NCBI GenBank assembly: GCA_963707865.1
Contig: OY970175.1
Coordinates: 758,028-822,027, forward strand
DNA length: 64,000 nt
Origin: an uncultured bacterium
GTDB lineage: Bacteria; Patescibacteriota; Minisyncoccia; UBA6257; 2-01-FULL-56-20
Direction: 5' to 3'
Shown one piece after another: positions 59,047 to 64,000 of the stretch; positions within the stretch are counted from its first letter, which is position 1, and every line of letters starts with the position of its first letter. Below the pieces are notes generated by a model. The model was not told the DNA's origin. It saw nothing but the letters and a program-made list of their open reading frames with translations, and did no database searches. The position numbers and the translations under genes are program-made.

Positions 59047-59745
59047 ATGCGAAACGACAAACAAACGGCCATTCGTCTTCGTTTAACTGGAAGAAGCTAC
59101 TCGGAAATTCGGGGATTGCTTGGCAGAATATCGAAGTCAACTCTTTCATTATGGCTAAAAGACATAGTTCTTTCTGATGCCGCAAGCAGTGCGCTCAAAA
59201 GACGGACGTGGGAAAGGTCATTGGCAGGATTGCTTAAGAGGAATAAGAAGCAAACGATTTTGGCTTTGCGCCGTAAGTCCGACATTCAAACTGAAGCGAA
59301 AAATCAAATTGGCGATATTTCAAAAGAAAAATTATTGCTTGTAGGGGCCGCGTTGTATTGGGCGGAAGGATACAAGCGGGCGAAAAGGAGAAACGGTTTG
59401 GAGGTAACCAACCATCCTGTTTCTCTCACGAATGCAGACCCCAAGCTTTTGAAAATGTTTATAAAGTTTTTGGTTGAAGTGTGCGAGGTCGCACGTGAGA
59501 GAATAAAGATCGGGGTAAGAATTTTCCAACACCTTAACGAAGAAGAAGTTTTAAATTATTGGAGTGATACTCTCCAGATCTCCAGAAAAAACTTTACGAA
59601 AACATATCTCGGCATTAGTAGGTCTAGCATGGGCAAACGGCCGTTTAATCGCTTGCCTTATGGGGTTGCACAGATTAGAATAAACAACACCAATCTGTTT
59701 CATAAGATCATGGGATGGATTGATGGCGTTAAGGAAAAAGTTTGA
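59047..59745 (+). CDS. HTH plus LAGLIDADG-like protein between tRNA genes
   Basis: N-terminal HTH (GRSYSEI...ISKSTLSLWL); GAALYWAEG (LAGLIDADG-like helix), SLTNADP, YWS, YGVAQI. Confidence 0.7.
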   Translation: MRNDKQTAIRLRLTGRSYSEIRGLLGRISKSTLSLWLKDIVLSDAASSALKRRTWERSLAGLLKRNKKQTILALRRKSDIQTEAKNQIGDISKEKLLLVGAALYWAEGYKRAKRRNGLEVTNHPVSLTNADPKLLKMFIKFLVEVCEVARERIKIGVRIFQHLNEEEVLNYWSDTLQISRKNFTKTYLGISRSSMGKRPFNRLPYGVAQIRINNTNLFHKIMGWIDGVKEKV

Positions 59746-59747
59746 AT

Positions 59748-60023
59748 GCCGCGGTAGCTCAGTGGTAGAGCGATGCCCTAAATCTTTGGGGCCTTCCGCA
59801 GTAATGCGGATTGAATAATCGGGTGAACTCGGGGGAACTCCGAAAGGACAATCCCGAACCAAGCTTCGCAGGGCCTAGGTTGCGAAGAAGGCGTAGAGAC
59901 TAGCGAGTGAGTCCCAACAATAATCTCGCACAAGCGCCCGGCTTCCTTCGGCGAGGAAGATGATATAGTCCAAATTAGCCTCGGAAGAGGCATGCGTCGG
60001 GTGTTCGATTCACCCCCGCGGCA
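59748..60023 (+). tRNA. tRNA-Phe(GAA), intron-containing (exons 59748-59779 and 59984-60023)
   Basis: Spliced: GCCGCGG...ATGCC-CT^GAAGA-GGCAT...GGGTG-TTCGATT-CACCC-CCGCGGC-A = 72-nt cloverleaf. Confidence 0.9.
59780..59983 (+). ncRNA. Group I self-splicing intron (204 nt, no ORF) after U33
   Basis: 5' exon ends in U pairing with IGS (GCCCU/GGGGC); P10 UCUUU/GAAGA; P2 with GUAA loop; P7 elements GUAGAGACUA and GAUAUAGUCC; terminal G. Confidence 0.9.
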
Positions 60024-60031
60024 CAAAGAAC

Positions 60032-60059
60032 AAAAAATCCGCTACTGGCGGATTTTTTT
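60032..60059. terminator. Bidirectional intrinsic terminator
   Basis: aaaaaatccgc-tactg-gcggattttttt. Confidence 0.8.
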
Positions 60060-60073
60060 GATAAGCAACAGTC

Positions 60074-61156
60074 CTACCTCTTCACCTTCAGCGTGATCCT
60101 TCTTTCCTCGGGCTTCACGGCGTCAATGACGAACGGATACGACTGCCCGACGGCGAGCGCTTTTTTCATCTCGTCTTGTCCGCCAAACTCGGAGATGTGT
60201 ATCATGCCCTGAAGATCCCCCGCAAGCGCGACGATGGCGCCGAAGGGATTGAACTTGTACACGCGGCCCTCCACGGTGGCGCCGGGCGTGACGGCATCGC
60301 CGAGCTTCGCCCACGGATCTTCTTTGAGCGCTTTGAGGGAGAGAAATACGCGGCCTTCTTTGATGTCCACGATTTTTGCCTTTAGCGGGTCGTTCACTTT
60401 TACGAGTTCTTTTGGATTGTCTATCAACTTGTAATCCAGCTCGGAAATGTGGATCATGCCCTCTATCTGCGGATTGCCCACGAAGCGGACGAAGACGCCG
60501 AAGTCGGCGACGCCCGAGACGATGCAATCAACATCCTGCCCCACGGCGTAGGCGGCGAGGAGCTCCTTCACGTTCGCCGAAAGCACTTCGCGCTCGGAAA
60601 CGATGATCTTGTTGCTCCGCGGATTCACGTCAATGATCTTAACGGAAAGCTCCTGGCCGATAAATTTCTTCAGTTCTTCCGTGATTTTCACGCGGTCGCC
60701 GTCTGGGACTTTCGGATAGTGTTCAAGCGAGAGCTGGGAAACAGGAAGGAAGGCTCTCAGTTCTTCGGAGATTATGGCCATCAATCCGCCGGCATTCGCG
60801 CCGATGATTTTTGCCTTCACGACCTCGCCGGCTTCCGCAAGGTCTTTCGCCTGTTGCCAAAGCTTTTGTTTGCCTGCTTCGGAGAGCGAAAGTTCAATAT
60901 TACCTTCTTCGCCGTCCAGTGCGACGATTTTCGCGTGGAGCTTGCCGTCGGGATTCAGGTTGCGCAGCGCCTCCCGCGCGTTCTGAAATTCTATGCCATA
61001 GACGATGCCTGTGCCGAAACGGCCCATGTCAAAATAGGCCTTACGGGGAAGCTTCTTGATGAGCGTGACCTCCACGACCGTACCTTCCTTCGGCCAGTCG
61101 GCCGCCGAAAGCTCGGTCTTCAAGAACTGTGTGATGTTCGCGTCTGTTTGAGGCAT
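60074..61156 (-). CDS. rpsA: Ribosomal protein S1-like protein (about 4 S1 domains)
   Basis: AFLPVSQL, DFGVFV...EGMIHISEL, LSLKAL..DPW, FGAIV...GMIHISE. Confidence 0.85.
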   Translation of the reverse strand: MPQTDANITQFLKTELSAADWPKEGTVVEVTLIKKLPRKAYFDMGRFGTGIVYGIEFQNAREALRNLNPDGKLHAKIVALDGEEGNIELSLSEAGKQKLWQQAKDLAEAGEVVKAKIIGANAGGLMAIISEELRAFLPVSQLSLEHYPKVPDGDRVKITEELKKFIGQELSVKIIDVNPRSNKIIVSEREVLSANVKELLAAYAVGQDVDCIVSGVADFGVFVRFVGNPQIEGMIHISELDYKLIDNPKELVKVNDPLKAKIVDIKEGRVFLSLKALKEDPWAKLGDAVTPGATVEGRVYKFNPFGAIVALAGDLQGMIHISEFGGQDEMKKALAVGQSYPFVIDAVKPEERRITLKVKR

Positions 61157-61318
61157 TGGTGCTCATTGTATTCAAAACGATGGCATATTGCAAGCTTGTA
61201 GAGCATATATAAGAACTTGTTTTTGCCCTCGCGCGAGGACGAGTTCGGTCAAAAACAAATTCTTATACATGCTCTGTGCGCTTGTATTTCGCCCATTTTT
61301 TTGATAAAATGTTCTCGT

Positions 61319-61918
61319 ATGGTTTTGAATTATTTTGGCAACGGAGCTTTTCGGCTCCAGAGTGGAGACACGTCTGTCCTCGTGAATCCGGAGAACAACC
61401 GCCTCAAGGCGGATGTTACGTTAAAGACGCTTGTGGCGGGGGAAAGTCCGCTTGCGGCGGAGGCGGTGGCCGGATCCGATGGCACCGCGGTTGCGGCGCA
61501 AACGATCGCGTTCCCCGGCGAATACGAGGTAAGGGAAATAGAGATTCTGGGGTATCCCGTCGCGGCCGAATCAACGGAAAAATTTTTAAAGACGGTGTAC
61601 GCAGTCTATTGGGAAGAAATGAAATTTGTTTTCTTGGGGCACCTCTCTCGGCCTATGGACGCGACGCTTATGGAGGAGCTTTTGGCACCGGACATGCTCA
61701 TCCTGCCCGTCGGCGGGGGCCATTTTTTGGAACCTGAAGTCGCGGCGAAAGTCGCGAAGCAACTTGAGGCGCGCATCATCGTCCCGAGCTTTTATAAAAC
61801 CCCCGATGAGTTTTTGAAAACGCTTGGCAAGAAAGCGGAAAAAATGGATAAATTCGTATTCAAACAAAAAGACATTATGGGTGACAAAGGGCGGCCGATC
61901 GTTTTGAGCGCGGGCTGA
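61319..61918 (+). CDS. MBL-fold (Lactamase_B_3-like) protein lacking the metal-binding motif
   Basis: YFGNGAFRL, PGEYEV, DMLILPVGG, IIVPSFY; HxHxDH absent. Confidence 0.75.
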   Translation: MVLNYFGNGAFRLQSGDTSVLVNPENNRLKADVTLKTLVAGESPLAAEAVAGSDGTAVAAQTIAFPGEYEVREIEILGYPVAAESTEKFLKTVYAVYWEEMKFVFLGHLSRPMDATLMEELLAPDMLILPVGGGHFLEPEVAAKVAKQLEARIIVPSFYKTPDEFLKTLGKKAEKMDKFVFKQKDIMGDKGRPIVLSAG

Positions 61919-62277
61919 TGCGGGCCATGCGCGAGGAAGAGAAAAAAAGCTTCCTTGAAGAGCTGCAGTCGCTTGACGAAGCGACCAAAACGAAGATTTT
62001 GGTTGCGGCGACGGCGGTCGCCATGATCATTGTGATCTACGTTTGGCTTGCCTATTTCAATAACCTTATCGCAGGGGTCGCACAAGAAGGCGCTGCTTCG
62101 TCCGCCATTCCGTCCTCCGCTGCATCATCGTCCGTGCCGTCCTCGGGCGGGACAAGTATCTGGCAGAACGTGGAAGGCGGTATCGGGACGCTCTATGGGA
62201 AAAGCGTGGGGTTTCTGCATTACTTGGGAAACATTCTACAGGCGCCACGGCAATACATCGTAAAACCGCCCCGGTAG
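61918..62277 (+). CDS. Hypothetical single-TM protein
   Basis: FLEELQSLDEATKTKIL plus TM; TGATG coupling to the upstream gene. Confidence 0.65.
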   Translation: MRAMREEEKKSFLEELQSLDEATKTKILVAATAVAMIIVIYVWLAYFNNLIAGVAQEGAASSAIPSSAASSSVPSSGGTSIWQNVEGGIGTLYGKSVGFLHYLGNILQAPRQYIVKPPR

Positions 62278-62278
62278 A

Positions 62279-62331
62279 ATTTCTAATTTCTAATGACTAA
62301 TTTCTAATGTCCAACGCTAATAACTAACTAA
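62279..62331 (+). repeat. Imperfect 7-nt tandem repeat (NNNCTAA) in the gyrA leader
   Basis: tttctaa tttctaa tgactaa tttctaa tgtccaa cgctaa taactaa ctaa. Confidence 0.7.
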
Positions 62332-62332
62332 C

Positions 62333-64000
62333 ATGGCAAAGCTGGAAAAAAGGGAAATTACAAAAGAGCTTAGCGAGTCATACTTGGACTACGCGATGTC
62401 GGTCATCGTCGCGCGGGCGCTGCCAGATGTGCGCGATGGCCTGAAGCCGGTGCAACGGCGGATTCTTTGGGACATGTGGGAATCGGGACTCACGCACCTT
62501 GCGAAGTTCCGGAAGTCGGCAACGGTCGTGGGCGACACGATGTCCAAGTATCACCCGCACGGCGACATGGCGATCTACGACACGCTCGTGCGCCTCGCGC
62601 AGGATTTTTCGCTCCGCTATCCACTCGTGCACGGGCAGGGAAATTTTGGTTCTGTGGACGGCGACCCGCCGGCGGCGCATCGCTACACGGAGGCGAAGCT
62701 CTCGCGGATCACCGAAGAGGTGCTTGAGGATATTGAAAAGGAAACGGTTGATTGGGCGCCGAATTACGATGGGACGAGGAACGAGCCGCGCGTGCTTCCC
62801 GCAAAGCTCCCCAATCTTCTTTTGAACGGCACGCTCGGCATCGCGGTGGGTATGGCGACGAGTATTCCCACGCACAATTTGAATGAGATTGTGGACGCCA
62901 TCCTTTATCTTGCGGACAATCCCGACGCGACGAGCGAGGACCTTTTGCAATTTGTGAAAGGGCCGGACTTCCCAACGGGCGGCATCATCTACGACGCGAA
63001 AGCGATACGCGAGGCGTACGTGTCCGGACGCGGCGCGGTTCTCACGCGCGCGAAGACGGAAATTGTGGAGAACAAGGCCGGCAAGCAGTTTGACATTGTG
63101 GTCACCGAGATTCCCTACCAGGTGAACAAGGCCGAGCTCATAAAGACGATCGCCGAGTTCGCGCAGGAGAAAAAGATAGAAGGCATCCGCGATCTCCGCG
63201 ATGAGTCCGATCGCGAGGGGATGCGCATCGTGATTGAACTCAAGAACGACGTGGTACCACAGAAGATCCTAAACTGGCTCTACAAGCACACCGATCTTGA
63301 AAGGAATTTCAACATGAACATGACCGCGCTCGTCGTGAATGCCGACAGCAATGGCGGCCTTGAACCGCGACTCTTGTCCTTGCGGGACATTCTTGCCGAA
63401 TACCTCGCGTATCGGAAGGAAGTGGTGCGACGCCGAACGCAGTTTGACCTCAAAAAAGCGCAGGAGCGCGCCCATATTTTGGAAGGTCTTGCGAAAGCGC
63501 TTGACGCGATTGATCGTGTGATCGCGACGATCAAGAAATCAAAGGACAAAGAAGAAGCGCATGCGAACCTCGTAAAACAGTTTAAATTCAGCGATATCCA
63601 GGCGACGGCGATACTCGAAATGCGGCTCCAGACGCTCGCCGCGCTTGAGCACCAAAAAATAGACGCGGAACTAAAGGAGAAGAAAACGCTCATTGAGGAG
63701 CTCTCGCTCATTTTGAAGAGCCCGGCACGGATATTAAAAATTATTGAAGACGAAATCCGCGAGCTCAAAGAAAAGTACGGCGACGAGCGGAGGACGCAGG
63801 TCGTTGCGCACGCCGTTGCGGCGATGAGCGATGAAGACTTGATCAACGATGAGGATGCGATCGTGACGGTTTCGGGCGGCGGGTACATCAAGCGGCTGCC
63901 GCCGAGCACTTTTAAAGTGCAAAAGCGCGGCGGCAAGGGACTCATTGGCTCCGAAGTGGCCGACGAGGATTTCCTTTCGCATTTCTTCAGCGCGCGGACG
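62333..64000 (+). CDS. gyrA: DNA gyrase subunit A (3' end beyond window)
   Basis: Manual translation: [50 protein letters not shown], GyrA-box QKRGGKG near 63920. Confidence 0.97.
   Translation, partial: MAKLEKREITKELSESYLDYAMSVIVARALPDVRDGLKPVQRRILWDMWESGLTHLAKFRKSATVVGDTMSKYHPHGDMAIYDTLVRLAQDFSLRYPLVHGQGNFGSVDGDPPAAHRYTEAKLSRITEEVLEDIEKETVDWAPNYDGTRNEPRVLPAKLPNLLLNGTLGIAVGMATSIPTHNLNEIVDAILYLADNPDATSEDLLQFVKGPDFPTGGIIYDAKAIREAYVSGRGAVLTRAKTEIVENKAGKQFDIVVTEIPYQVNKAELIKTIAEFAQEKKIEGIRDLRDESDREGMRIVIELKNDVVPQKILNWLYKHTDLERNFNMNMTALVVNADSNGGLEPRLLSLRDILAEYLAYRKEVVRRRTQFDLKKAQERAHILEGLAKALDAIDRVIATIKKSKDKEEAHANLVKQFKFSDIQATAILEMRLQTLAALEHQKIDAELKEKKTLIEELSLILKSPARILKIIEDEIRELKEKYGDERRTQVVAHAVAAMSDEDLINDEDAIVTVSGGGYIKRLPPSTFKVQKRGGKGLIGSEVADEDFLSHFFSART

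Noticed and set aside
59551-60026. Minus-strand ORFs over the intron (59551-59862, 59778-60026)
   Set aside because: Antisense to the tRNA and intron; no endonuclease motif, so the intron is ORF-less
62378-63982. Short ORFs in the last 1.6 kb
   Set aside because: Shadows of the open gyrA frame starting at 62333
1-64000. Alternative genetic code (TGA read as Gly or Trp)
   Set aside because: TGA ends genes at expected positions (rnpA, tyrS, folD, dcd) and Trp is TGG; code 11 fits

Overview
Chromosomal window around the replication origin of a small-genome bacterium. The gene set, short YebC, CPR-type pilin/VirB4/PrgI cluster and tRNA-flanked LAGLIDADG-like ORFs point to Patescibacteria/CPR, Parcubacteria-like (inference); TGA is used as stop. 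Contents in order: a partial GH1 glycosidase (absent from the ORF track), ruvB, pilB, yebC-ruvC, a class A PBP, dnaN-oriC-dnaA / rpmH-rnpA-yidC-jag, a ~12 kb minus-strand T4SS-like cluster (pilin, VirB4, PrgI, VirB6-like), rsmA, pcrA, LysM-M23, comM, dksA-like, an AT-rich islet with a TTGCCG repeat array and a LAGLIDADG ORF, yraN, nusA, H+-PPase, clpP, tyrS, ftsH, a SAH/folate/thymidylate block (ahcY, adoK, folA, thyA, CYTH, dcd, glyA, folD), seven tRNAs, an S1 protein and partial gyrA. Most notable: (1) tRNA-Phe(GAA) split by a 204-nt group I intron, directly behind an HTH/LAGLIDADG-like ORF; (2) a promoter-driven ~170-nt multibranched ncRNA candidate at 2321-2490; (3) an iteron-like TTGCCG array beside a free-standing LAGLIDADG gene; (4) tRNA-Ile(UAU); (5) a dcd-CYTH-thyA cluster where a CYTH enzyme occupies the dUTPase step; (6) two exported proteins with an internal signal-peptidase-like (A/V)xA-Q site; (7) pervasive leaderless gene architecture plus a recurring AAAGGYCG leader motif. 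All calls come from reading the sequence; no database searches were run.
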